Shown here piece after piece: positions 24,485-38,000 of a stretch of 64,000 nt of DNA (its first letter is position 1; every line of letters starts with the position of its first letter). The position numbers and the translations under genes were made by a program. Origin of the DNA: Fimbriosthenelais zetlandica. Its lineage: Eukaryota. The stretch spans positions 35,154,001-35,218,000 of the forward strand of contig OZ365110.1 of the NCBI GenBank assembly GCA_977030845.1. The letters are read 5' to 3'. The notes beneath the pieces are model-generated. The model saw only the letters and a list, made by a program, of their open reading frames with translations, was not told the DNA's origin and did no database searches.

Positions 24485-26016
24485 TTACTGCATGAGGTTG
24501 GTTTCATGCGGGATACCGCCGGAGCGAACCACAGGTTGTGCTGGCGCGGGGGGAGGTCCAATAACTGGCATCTCATCTCCTGGTTTGCGTAAATCGTTTG
24601 TCTTCGGGGTGGCTATCTTTCCTGCGAGCAGTTTGTCTTCAAGCGCAGACAGATCAAGCAAATCCACTGGCTCTGAAGGTGGTGGTGGTGCAGGGGTCAA
24701 TACTGGTGCAGGGGCCAAAACGGGTGCAGGAGCTTCTGTTTTGGTTGTGGTGCTTACTGGTGGTATGAGAGGTGCTAGGGCTGGTGGTATGGATGTAGCT
24801 GTGGATATTGGTGCAGATGCGGGTGCGCTAGTCACTTTGGTGGTGCCAGGGCTGGGTATTTCGGGTTTAACGGGTTCTGGCTTTGGTGCAGGTGCTGCTG
24901 CAGCTGTTGAGGCCTTGGCTGGAACGATTGGTTCAGGAACGACAGGTGCAATAGGTTCGACAGGCCTTGGTGGCTGGGGTGGAATCACTGGTTTTGGAAT
25001 CACCACCGGTGTAGGTACAACTGTTGGAATAGCCTGACTCATGGTCACTTCAGCTGGTTTGGATGTGGCCGCCATTGTAGGTAGAGCAGATTGACTGGGT
25101 GGTTCAGGTGCAGAAGATGACACTGGTTCTGGTTTTTTCATATCCTTATTGCTGCTCAAGACTGTGGTAGTTGCAGGAGCTGCAGCTGCTGTTGTCGTAG
25201 TGGCAACTTTCACCGGTCGTGGAACAGCTTTCGGTTCTGTCGTTTTCGTTTCAGGTTTTGCTACAGTTGTGGATGAAGTAGGTTGGGAAGCAGGGGTGGA
25301 AACCTTGATTGGAACAGCTCCTGGGTCGACTACTTTCTTGGGAGGCCTTATTGGGGGAGGAGCATTATTAGAGTTATTTCCGTTAGATTCTGACTTGCTT
25401 GTCTTGGGTATCGCACGTTTGGGACTGCTCTTAGCAGAATTGTTCTCATTGCCAGCTTTAGCACCAGCTTTCTTCGTGACTGCCTTGGCCGTCGCTTCGC
25501 CAGGCTTAGCACCTTTCATACCATTGCTATTAGAGTTGTTCACATTGACCTGTTGGTTACGGGGGCTTGTCTGTGGAGTGGTCTTCTTAGATGCTGACCT
25601 GGGCCGTGTGGTCGACTGTTTGGGAGTAGTAGGTCGTGGAGATCTGGTTGAAGAACTACCTCTTTGATCTGATTTTGAAGGTGATCTTGGACTTTTCCTC
25701 GCTGAGGAGGGTCTTGAAGAGCTCCTTTCTCGGTCTGTTTTCTTGCTTTCCGGGGTTGCAGGGAATAATGGGTCCAGGTTGTTGGGTGTTTTGCATCTTC
25801 TTGGAGATCTCTGGACGTAGTAATGGTGGCCGTTGCGGAAGCCTATGTGTCCGAATTCCTCAGAAGCTGTCATCAGTTCCTTGGCGGGACAACTGGCCGG
25901 TCGTTCAGCCTTGTAAGTGCCTTTGTATGTGGTGTGGAAGTCTATGGACCTCGGAGCCTCATCACTGTTGCGTCTTTGGTTTGGTACAATGGCCTGAGCA
26001 GGGGATGCCCTTTCGC
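24485..26016 (-). CDS. SAXO1/2: SAXO terminal exon (last Mn repeat, GHHYY motif and long P/A/T/S/K-rich tail)
   Basis: ttatttttag|GCGAAAGG...; open for 1532 nt to TAA at 24485; contains the 462-aa ORF of the track. Confidence 0.93.
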
Positions 26017-29000
26017 CTAAAAATAAAACACCAAATTGTCATAAAAATGATCTATAATACACACAATAACGTCAAAGGTATGCTTGAAGATTTTGAAAAA
26101 TTGAAGAATTTAAGATGAGGGAGGCAATATTCTAATATGAGATATCGATTTCCAAGGGAGTTGGTGGGTCTGAGATCCTTAAAAATCATGACTGAGTCTT
26201 AGTGGACACAATCAAAGGAGTGAAATCATAAATTCTGGAAACTACCCCTAAATATCCCAGAGTGATATGTTTGCTGTTTTGGAATGAATAATTATTGACA
26301 TCAGGAAATAAATATTTAGAAAGGGCAAGATTTATTTAAAATTTTTGCATTTGGAATGAATAATTATTGACATCGGGAAAAAAAATAATTAGAAAGGGCA
26401 GAATTTATACCTGTGTAGTTAACCTGGTAGACTGATTCACCAGTGAATTTCTCCCTTGGAGTTTCATAAACTTGATGCATCTTAAACGATTTTGCAGGAG
26501 CGGACCGTGAGAAAGGAACAAACTTCTCCATGTAGTGAGTGACCTTCGGATCATCGCTCTGGGGAGGGCCATGTAAAATATCCTTGTCTTGAGGTGTGGG
26601 TCTGAGAGGCTTCACTCTCTCAAACTTCTTAGGTTTAATATAATCACTCTGAAATGTAGAGTTGAAAGGAGTTTCTTAGGTTTTAAGAGCATAAAATGCA
26701 ATATTTGACAATTTATTATTTTACTGTGTGCAAGAACAAAATTATCTATCTATGATGCAGTTATGTCTTATCGGAGGTTCCAATGCATTAAATATCGAAA
26801 ATGACGGCAATTTTTCTTTTAGATGCCTCTCATCGGAATCAGAAAATTGGAGACATAGTTCTCATTTAATAGACATGTGATACACGGCTGCACTTTGATA
26901 TCCTAGTTATCACAGGATTTCTTCAAGGACTTTTCAGGTTCAGACTATTAGTGAGGAGGCACTTGAGCTTACCTGATATGAACTAGAGTAGGCATTAGAG
27001 TCGGGGGTAGGCTCGTAGGCCTTCTGCTTGGCCCAGCTTGGCTTCTCCATTTGTTGAGCTGGCCACTCGCGGTAAGCTTCGCTGGTTGTCGTGCCTGACT
27101 CAAACTGTACCTTAGAGGGGTGGTGGTTGATAGGAGGCCTGAAGGCAGGCTCTCTCTTATGACCAGGGTGAGGAGTGTAGTCAGACTTTACTGTAGTCTT
27201 GCCGTCAAACCGTGCAGTCGGGGCTTTGTACTCCTTGGGTTTGATTGCTGAAATGATAATGGGAAAAATTTAACTTTTAACCATTCAGTGTTCTATGTGG
27301 AGCTGAATGTAAACATGCCTTAAAAATGTGAAATTCCTAGCCTGGGGTCTATTATGAAATGACAATTGCCATCCATAATTATGCAAGAACTCGCGAAACC
27401 CAATTTTCGGGCAAGCATCAGAATTTACATGCAGAATTTGGTGAAAATTTATTAGGGGAGTGGAAAAGGCTCAAATCATATTGGTTTTATTCTTTTTGGA
27501 CCAAATTCATGTTGGCCAGATTTAGCATGCAAATTTTGCTGCTGGTTTGAAAATCAGGTTTCACAAGTGCTGCCTGTTCAATTCAGAAATGCTCAGGGAT
27601 TTCAATTAAGCTCCAGCAGCTGGCAGTTGCCCCAAGGGTATGGCTTATGGGAAAACCCTGAATGTACAAATTTAATTAAATTTAGAGTAAAGGATGCCGT
27701 ACCTTGGACAGGGGTAATGTGTTTTTGCTTGTAGTCAGTCTTATATGAAGTGTCAGAATGGAATGTTCCGCCCTCTACACTGTTCTCTGGCTGAGGTCGA
27801 TGCAGATGAGCTCTCTCTGGTCTCTCGTGGTGTCGAAAATCATTCTGGGGGAAGACAGAAAAGCGAGAGTGAATATTTGTTTACCAAATTTTCAGCAATT
27901 TGTTAAAAATACTGTCAGCACACAATGGCCTGCTCTTCTAGAACAGCAGCAATGGTACTTTTACGTGGCTCGCACCATAGACAGTTGAAGACATGGCTCG
28001 CCTTGCCTTTGATATCCAAGTTAGCCCACTGGTTGAAGGGAAATAAAGGACAAATGCTTTGTAAAACAAAGCATCTATCTGAAGCATATGTCTAAAGTTT
28101 TGTGTCCAAAGGGACATTTTTACTGTCAGCAATTATTCTTTTCCGTCTGCAATGCCTCTGGATGATTATGGAATCTTTTCTTACATGAGGACAAAGTGGT
28201 TACTCTTTCTTTAATGCCCATGACATCTGAGCAGTTTTTGACAGACTTGACAATCTGTCAGATGGACGACTGACATACGTCAAGAAACTTGACATATGGG
28301 GTTAAGAAGGTTAGTGGAGAATGCCAAAAACGGCTCGGTCGACATGGGGTAAAAGGGACAGGATGGGAAATGAAGAATGTCTTAAACTTACTTTCATAAC
28401 AGATGTAGACTCGATTTTGGTGGCCCCTGAGCCAAAGTTCTCGATGCACTCTTTGTGGCGTATTGGGGAGGCCCTGCACCAGGCCCAGTCTTCTTTACCG
28501 TGTTCCTTGAAGGTCACTCTGTACATAGTATCCTGGTCCACCTTAGCTGTGGACCGTACATAGTTAGACTCCGGCTTGTACGAATCCAAGCGCTTACCAT
28601 TCTGAAATAGTCCAAAATAAAAACGGTTAAAAATATATATTTTATTTTATTTGGTTGTGGGTTTGTCACAGCAAAAGGAAACTATGTCTTTCTTTATCAA
28701 AAGGGAGCAATGATTCTTTTTATGCAAGAGCGACTGGCCTTTTACATGCCTCTCACCATAGACAGTGGAAGACATGGCTGGCCTTTTACATGACTGTCAC
28801 CACAGGCAGTGAAATACATGGCTGACCTTTGATAACCCATTGAGCATACTGGAGACAAGTTATTTTTGTTTCCAATGAAAATATCTTTTCTTCATGTATC
28901 CTGATCCACATATTTCTATCTAACCTACAATGCTATTTCTTATTCAATAAACAGAGCACCATTTCTCCAATAAGTCATAGGAATCAATAAAAATAGGATG

Positions 29001-32000
29001 TGACATATACCATCAATGGAAAAGAATTATTTCTAGCAAAGATACGATGATACGATTATTCAATCCATGGCCATGATGGGTTCCTGATCTAATATTAGCG
29101 ACTGCAAGCATTGTAACACTTTATCCCTTACATACACTTTCCCTCCTTGTTGCTTTAGTAGGTCTATCAGTTGTAATTTGATCAGCTATTGAACATCCCC
29201 ATGCCCTGGAGGAATCTACCTTGTACTTGTCCTTAAAATGTAATATACCAGTGTAAAGCCTATATCCATCAGGAGCACATTTTGAGTATCTTTGTATTAG
29301 GACTCCTGTGGGAAATGTTCCTTATAGCCCTGTGAGGGACAGATGTATGATAAAACACTGCCGTTCCATGTAGTCATAGATTCCGGTAGAGCTGGGTTTA
29401 TGGGAGCGTTTTCCGGCTCGTGTGGGCTTCGTGAATAATTGAGCAGCTCGGAACGACTTTGACATAACAAGAATAAAAGGCCACCTGGATGGAATGAATT
29501 ATCTCCCGAGTAGCGGGGAGAAATTCATACCCGTATATATACCGACAGATGCACTAATCCGACCAGTTTAACATCCAGTTAGCAATTTCTCAGCTATCTC
29601 AGGACGAGAGGAAACACGCTGTCGGCACACAATTCACTACAGAAATGCTTCATTTACATGCCTCTCATCATAGCCGGTGGGAGACATGGCTGGCACTAAC
29701 ACGACCTTATCTTAGCATTAAAATGATCCACTTCAGACTGAAAGTTGAAGTTGAGGAAGCTCTGGCTCCTGGGTCTTAAAAAGCGTTTGCTGAGTGGTGT
29801 ATGTTTTATTCAGAGAGTACTTCTTATGGTGCGTACAGGGAGTGATGGATCGACATGGACACGCATGATTCACATTGCCAGGCATGGCTCCAGTCTGAGA
29901 GGAGCCGGTATTAACAACAATCTGACATTTAAATACTTGATATATTATAAAGAGAAAGAGAGAGTACATGGAAAATTTGAGGAAAATGAGAGGATCTGAA
30001 ATGGTGAGTGGGGGANNNNNNNNNNNNNNNNNNNNNNNNNNNNNNNNNNNNNNNNNNNNNNNNNNNNNNNNNNNNNNNNNNNNNNNNNNNNNNNNNNNNN
30101 NNNNNNNNNNNNNNNNNNNNNNNNNNNNNNNNNNNNNNNNNNNNNNNNNNNNNNNNNNNNNNNNNNNNNNNNNNGAGAGAGAAAGAGGAGGGAGGGCGAG
30201 AGTGAGAAAGGACAAAGACTGAGAGGGAGAAATTCACGAAACAGGCGGAGGAAGAACAGAGAGGGAGAAAGAAACAGACTGGGAAAGACTAACAGGGATA
30301 AACTACACATGTAACATGCAAGGGGAGAATGATAGTATCCCAGAATAGACCTCTATCTCTCACCATATTCCCACCCCCGCCATCACACCCATCACATGTA
30401 GGCATTATTAAGTACATTGGGTCGACCAGGTCAGCCTATGGCCTGGCATACGTCCAAGCCATTGAGGATGACCTCTCATACAGGCCGGAGAATGGACCAT
30501 CGGCTCTTGTTTAATAGTCCAATAAACTAGTGAGTACAGATAGCAGATTACACAAGGGTTGTTTATGATGGCCGTAAATTTGGTCTCTTTCTCAGAATTC
30601 GTAATCAAATCAGGGTTTTATCCATAATCCGCAGTGAAATAAGTGCTTCATTATGAAGTTGAGAATTTTTTCACGAAAGAATCTCTGTATTTTAATTAAA
30701 TGTGATTCAGAATTAAGTGTAATTCATTTAGAATTAAGTGTAATTCATTCAAGTTAATTTCGCTCAAAATACTATGCTTTGAAAGTACAATGTGATTTAG
30801 TTTTGAATTAAATAGTTTCGAATCTGTTGCCTACATCTGGCATTGCTATAGAACACTGGCATCTATCCCAAAACACAGACGTACACCACTGGCTAATGCT
30901 TTGCATTTTTTTCATGAAAACTTCTGCTTTATTTGCATTAAAGCCCAGCAAAAATACTTCAGTATTTGTATGCGAGTTGAGTGCCTGAACGAATTCGGTT
31001 TAGTATAGGTTTTTGACTGCCAGAATCGCAATCTGAAAGACATATAGTTCCCAAATGGACACTAAATAGCACACGGACCTTAGAAGGGGGAATATCAGAC
31101 TTTCAGAAGAAGGAAGAATATATCAGAAGAATTATCTCATTCAGTCTGACCCTGATAAGGGGGAGCCGGGGGGCTTTGTGGACCTGGCCTAATCGTGGAA
31201 GTGGAACGCTCACGGCCACTGGTGGGCTCAATAGATTTCCCAGCTATATACACTATCACCAAAAATATCTCTACACTTTTAAAACATACTTTGTTTAATC
31301 AAACCAGAATAAAGTAACAACTTTGGCTGTTACAACATCCTAGTAGTTGACCTTTCCTTAGACAGACAGATTTGTTTTCAGATTGGTGCCTTTTCACCAG
31401 TTTATAAGTCTTAGCATCAAAATTACTGTTTTCCAAGGAGTAGAAATATTTTTTTGTTATACTGTAGCTAGCACAGGGTTGCGGGCATGGCTAGTCAATC
31501 AATGCATAGATATATCAAACCAGGCTAAATATAACCTTATATTACATTGGGCCTTGAGAACGGGGACAAACGATGACTAAAGCAATATTTCTTCTGAAAA
31601 TGAAGCCATCTGGACACCAGAGCTCGCAATAGTTAATTCCAAGGCCTACATCAAATACATACTTCCCTATACTACTTACATTTACAAGAGGCATTATAAC
31701 TTGGGTATACTCTCAAATATTTTGAATATTCACTGTAACTTTCCAACCAAAAGCACTATCCATTTGTGAATTACCAGGCATGTCCATATATCATGAGATT
31801 TCAATCTATCCTACCCGAAAAGTCACGAACTTTCCCAACAATTGGACTATCCATTCATGGAATATTGGGCGTGGCCAAGACACAAAATTTCATTGTAACT
31901 TTCTCACCAATCGCACTTTTCATTCGGGTAATATCAGGAATGACCACATTAAAGAATTTCACTCTAATTTCCCACCTTTCATTCATGTAATATTTTGCTT

Positions 32001-35000
32001 ACAGGACCGCATTATACAAACATCTGAACTAAAACTCGTACCGGATTTTTGCAACTGCTGGAAGAGTTACATGTATAACCAATATAACCTAAAATCTAAT
32101 GTAAATTGCTGGAAAGTGTGGAACTGTGAAATGTTGACCAAAGGATAGTGCACTTGGAAGCCATTGCAGTCAGTATTTTAATAAACTTATTAAACTTAAA
32201 TTGATTTAAAGTAGATGACATTTTTCAATCAGCGACTGTGATCGACTCCACATTTGTTGGCAGAATGGCAATTAATTTGTAACATTGGACACTGGGTTTA
32301 ATAATTGCCCGAATCAAATTCTAATTAAAAATTCTTTCTTGACAAAATACAGGTGACAGGAGTAACCTTACCGAATTACAGTGATGAGGTTCAGGTTGCG
32401 GGGAATCAATCTGTTCACCAGTTATGATGGAACTTGTGGGTTTATATTACGTAATTTCTCTCTGTTAGATCTGTTCCTCTCTGTCTGTCTCTCTCTCCCA
32501 GCACTCGCTCTCTGCCTAACACTCTGGTTGTCTGTCTAGTAACAGTAAATCTCTCTAACTCTCTCACTCCCTGCCCTTGCTTCAGGCCTCTCTCACCCTG
32601 CCTCTCGCTCGCTTAATCTCTCCTCTCCCTGTCTGTCTCTTGCACTCTCTCTGAGTCTCTCTCTCACTCTCTCTTTCTATCTCTCCCTGTTTCTCACTTT
32701 TTCTGTCTGTTCATTTTAAGCAGTAGACCGTCTGGCTATCAGCCACGTCACAACATGAGCCCCAGCAGCCGGAGCCTACAATATTGATTTCACATTCCAC
32801 ATTGTCCAACACAAAAAACTCCCACAACTTTTATAAAGGGTAGGTGATTGTTCGGTAGGAGTTCCAAAGACCAGCATGGGCCGGCAATCCATTCATCCTA
32901 CTTTTTGACTAGTATTGACAATATAAATGAAACATGTGACCTATTGAAATTTTATATGCAGTGAGGGATGGCAAATTTATTCACCAAAGCACACATATAA
33001 TTTATTGAATATTCAAATGATTGTCAGTGCCGTTTTGATATGCCATGGGGGCTTCCTATCTATTTGGCTGTTCTGACTTTTATTGAACATGTACCAATGA
33101 TCGAATCAATGTAATAGATATTCTGATATCAAGTTGCCCTATATGCATCATATCTTTTATTAAATATCTTTTGCTTAAACTATAACGTATCTATTCATCT
33201 ATTAAATTTGTCACTGTAATAATTGCAGGTATGTGCACGCAAATGTTGCAATTATTTGTGGTACACCTTTAAATTATAAGGAGTAATCTATATCTATATC
33301 ACATTTTTCACTGAAACAATGGCGGAAATTCGTTAGTTAGTAATGTTGCAACTATTCGTGACTATAATTCAGCAAATCTATTCATAATATTAAATTTGTC
33401 AACAAATTTCCAAAATAGAGTAATTTACAAGTAATATTGCAACTATTCGCAACTTCATATTGCAACTATTCGCACCTTAGTATTATAGTTATATAAAAAA
33501 AAAATATAGAGCATTTATATATCCTATTTATTTGTTTACTATGCATACTATTTATTTGTTTACTAAGCATAAGACTGTTATTAAACATATCACTAAACAT
33601 ATCATTTAATACCAATGAATGTTACATCCTATATATCGGAATGTTAATGAGCATTGGTCTGTGTGCGATGATGACTACATGCTTCCAACATGTGACAAAT
33701 GCGATATTAATTTACGGTTGACAAGACTGACGAGCCAAGTATTGTGGGATGCGCTGCCAAATGCCTGTTATAGTAATATAAGGCCAAATAACAGCAGCAG
33801 CAGGCTACACACAGCCAGTAATTGATGGTGGGATAAAATAGGAGGATAGTGGAATCGGGGTTAGATCTATAGATAGGAGGTTAACATACGAGGTTAACGT
33901 GCTACATGTGGGTGTCAGAGCTATGGTATATATGGCATATATTGACGCAGTAAATATTTATGGGATATATTGATGTTTTATTTAAAGCTTTAAAATGAAT
34001 TTATTTTACCTTAACATACTGATAAAACATACGGAGGGAGGAGAGGGAGGGAGAGAGAGAGAGAGGGGGGGGGGGGGAGGGGAGAGATGGGATACACTTT
34101 CGATTTATGTCCGATATTTATAATAGAATTTTACTTAGATTTGGTAGCTTAATTCTACGTGATTTGGCGATTTTCTACAAGGCGGCCACTTAATTTTATC
34201 AGGATTTTTAACAGTGTACTATATCGGTGGCGAAAAAACTATAATATAACAATGGATGGAGTGAAGAGAATGGGGACAAGCTTGTATATTTAGGCGCAAT
34301 TTATCTCATTTCCTCAATCATACAGACTCCCACAACACAGAACATCGCATACCACACTCTTCTATTTGACAATACCCAAAATAGAAATTCTCTCCAACTG
34401 CACAACCTCCTTAAAAATGTTGCAGTTTTAAAAGCTTTGACTGTCTGCGCTTTAATCGCAAAGGGAGCGCAAAGCAAATGTGCCCTGGAGCAAAATGTCA
34501 CGTTCTCCCTGTGCCAAGGAAAGTGTAATGTTTTTAGTGTGATTACATGCGAGCAAAAAGCCAAGGGTGGCGAGAGTTAAATTCTAGAGGGAGACAGGAG
34601 CATGCAGTGGAAGGGCTCCAAATTACAAATGACACTTGTAAAATTGGCACTTCATGTAATATCATCCAATGTTTTAGTAAATCCTTTGCCAAATGATGAT
34701 TTACCATTATTTTCATCTCGGTATATGAGATGACAGAACTTTAAAGGGAAACTAGCACACGGGATTGAAAATGAGTGGCCGTGAGCAACTCATAAGAGCA
34801 AGTTATTTTTAGCTCAGCAATTGCTCAGGAATGAAAGATTCTGTTCTCGAAGGCAAATTGCTTTTATTCCTACTTAAGTCTGACTTGGATCGTTAAGAAT
34901 AAATGGGTGGGATATTTTATTCTTGGTCGTAGAATATCTACTAGAGTGTTATTGAATAGAGTAAAAGATTGTATAAATGTAAATGAATGCATTCTGATCT

Positions 35001-38000
35001 CTAAGACTGCAGTGACATCTACTGATATCAGAAATCAATTGAATTTGGGTTCGATTAATTACCCTTGCAGGCCACAGATGCAGTATTAAATGTCTATGTT
35101 GGGTTAATGGCTGGGCCGGGTAGTGTTCAGGGTAGCCTTGAAAGAGCCTTGAGAGCCGGGAGAACCTTGAAAGGCAAATTGTCCGAACAAGGTTTCATGT
35201 CTGCTTTTCTTCTACCTTTCTGTGTTCTTTTTGCTTTTAAAACATCTCTGTTTTTGTCTGTCCTTGTTGGATACACCCTCGCTCGTGCTCCCTCTGTCTC
35301 TCTCCATTCTCTCTGTCTGTCCTTCATAGAACTATGTACTGTCTGTTTCTGTCTTTCTCTACTGTCTGCCTCTTTTTGTTTTGCTAGTCTGTTTTCCCTG
35401 TCTCTACCTTTCTCCCTCCCTCTCCCCCTCTCTTACACTCTCACCCTCACACTTTCCCTGTCGCCCTCTCTTCCTCCCTCTTTCTCTTTCCCTTAGTCTC
35501 TCTTTCCCTGTCACGCTCACTCTTTCCCTGTCAACCTCAGCCTCACTTTCTCTTTCCCTGTAACCCTCACTCTCTCTTTCCCTGCCAACCTCTCTTCGTC
35601 CCTCTCTTTCCCTATCGCCCTAACCCTCTCTTTCACTCTTACCCTCACTGACTCTCTTTCCCTGTCGCCCTCACTCTCTCTACCATCTCTCTCTCTCACT
35701 AAATCTCTCTGACAGTGGCTTCACAGACTGAGCTTAGCCGGTACTACCGTCCACTCCCCCTCCCTGTCACACAAACAGAGCAGGAAGAGGCTGTGCAGGC
35801 CATCTTTGCCAGCAGCTGATATTCTACATGCAGCCCCACAGACACCACCAAACAACATGGCCTCGCCTGCAAGCCCCAGATACGGCCTTGCATGCTTCAG
35901 ACATGATGCAGTTGGTCAAATATATAGGATATATAACCCTGGGGAAACTCTGAATTAAGTAGACCCAATCACGCCGTCAGTTGGAGGTTGGCTAGAACCA
36001 AAACCTTGAACGGTATCATGCCGAAAGAGCTTCAGTCACCCACTAGGATGGACGCCACATGAGAAAGGATGATTTGTGCAGAGCAAGCATGCAATGGATG
36101 GTTGAAAATCGATATCTATTATAGAGGCTTAAGCACAATCTGGACGCTGCTTATTTATAGCCTAGTTGATGTAACCTACTTGGTGGTACCAGCTGAGGTG
36201 CTGATCAGGACAATGGAAATGTCGCTTTTCACGATGTCTCCGCATTTTAACTGGCCCAGAGTGAAGACCTCTCCAGCATCTTGTATATCTTAACTGCTCC
36301 TGCTTCTCCTCCTCCAGTGAGGCTGCCACTGCTGTCCTCCAGTAGGCAGCACCAGGCCCCCCACCCATATAGCGCCCCCCTTTAATGACAACCAACCTTA
36401 AAAGACCCCTTTAACCCTGGACGAAGGCAAACCCTATATATCTATCTATGCCTATATATATGCACGGAGCAATCGATGCGCTTTCCTGGCTGTTGCGTAA
36501 ATGCAAATCCAAGGCAAATGAAAAGCCATATGACCACCCATCAAGCTTTTTTTTTATATTATTTTTTTTGACACACACTCCCTACCTGTCTGGCTTCATT
36601 TCGCAGTTGTATATGTCGAGGAGACCCAGGGAGGTTTTCAGAAAATCCTGGATCCAATTCCTCCATATCGTGTTCAGAAGACCCGGCTTCGCTGCCTGCC
36701 ATTCTGTAGGGCAGCTATATAAGGTTCCTCAGTTCCTCTGGTGCTATATGTAGTCCCTAACCTCAGGGGGTTGGGATTATATAGACGTCCTAGTTTTAGT
36801 GGCAGGGTTAGTGGGCTATAAAGCTTGACCAGTGGTCAGCAATGGTTGTGTAAGTGGTAGGTGGTTGATGGTAGGTGGATGGAGCTGGGGCTTGCAGGCT
36901 GGCTGACTGCAGCTGCTGGATTGCCTGTGGATCTCTCACTACCTCTCCCCCTCGCTCTCTCTCTCCAGCTTCCACTGTTTCTAGCTGTCAACTGAGGGAG
37001 CTACATCCACTCTCCATCTGGCGTCACACACACGGACAGAAGCAGTGCTGATCCTATAGTAAGGCTATGGCTATAGCCAACAAAGCTAGCAGTAGCTATA
37101 GGGCCGTCAATTCACATCAGCTGCTGCTCATGCCTATATTACTCAATCTTGGGTAATTTGTCTCTGTCGCTCTGACTGATTGCCTGTCTGATTTATGGCA
37201 TTTCACCCTGTCTCTCTTCCGGGACCTCTTTCTATCTGTTTCATTGCATCTTCATATTCTGTCACTATCCGTCTCTCACTCTCTCCTTCTACAAATGTCT
37301 ATAGATCTATATATTTCTCCCTCTTTCCCTTTCCTTCCCTGTCTTACCTCCCTTGCTCTGTCTCTCCCTCTGTCCAACTGTCAAACTGCCTCTTTCTCCC
37401 TCTATTTGCTTTTCTTTCTGTCTCTCCCTTCCCCTGTCCCATATCCCTTTTCTCTCACTCCCTTTTCTCTCCCTTCATCTATCTATGCCCCATGGGTCTC
37501 ATTCTGTAATATAGATCCTGCCTCTACTTGACGCCTGTGTTTTGAGAGACTGGCTTGGTAATAATATGGACATATTGGCTAAGCCCTGTATTGTTACTAA
37601 TATTAGTATCTCCACAAAATAGGGCCTTATTACTGGGGAAAGGATGGGTGGGCCAGACAAGCAGCAGCCAGGGATGAGATAACGGACAGATCTAGCAGCC
37701 TGATAAGGACATGATGATGAACATGAAGATGCTGGCTTGCCGTTTGATCGGCCGCAGGCTCTGATCGATTTCATGCTTGGGAGGTGGAGGGCGGTGCTTG
37801 TGTGCAGCAGGTGGCAAGGCAGGGGTGATTATATAGTTGGATGGGAAGTGACAACTCAGTGTCGTTTTTTTGTGGGTTTTTTTTGGTATTATTTTTTTAT
37901 TTGAATTATCCTAATAATATTCTAGTCGATTTTCAATTAATTCAGTATATTATAATTGAACAAAAAAACAAGTAATTACAATAATAACAAAATTTGACTC

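Noticed and set aside
24492-26118. Plus-strand ORFs 24492-25037, 25149-25667 and 25636-26118
   Set aside because: Antisense shadows of the low-complexity SAXO terminal exon.
28731-28860. Palindromic repeats at a regular period resembling CRISPR
   Set aside because: The linkers are constant rather than unique spacers, the context is eukaryotic, and there are no cas genes.
29733-30310. ORFs spanning the N gap
   Set aside because: Artefacts of translating Ns and GA/TC tracts.
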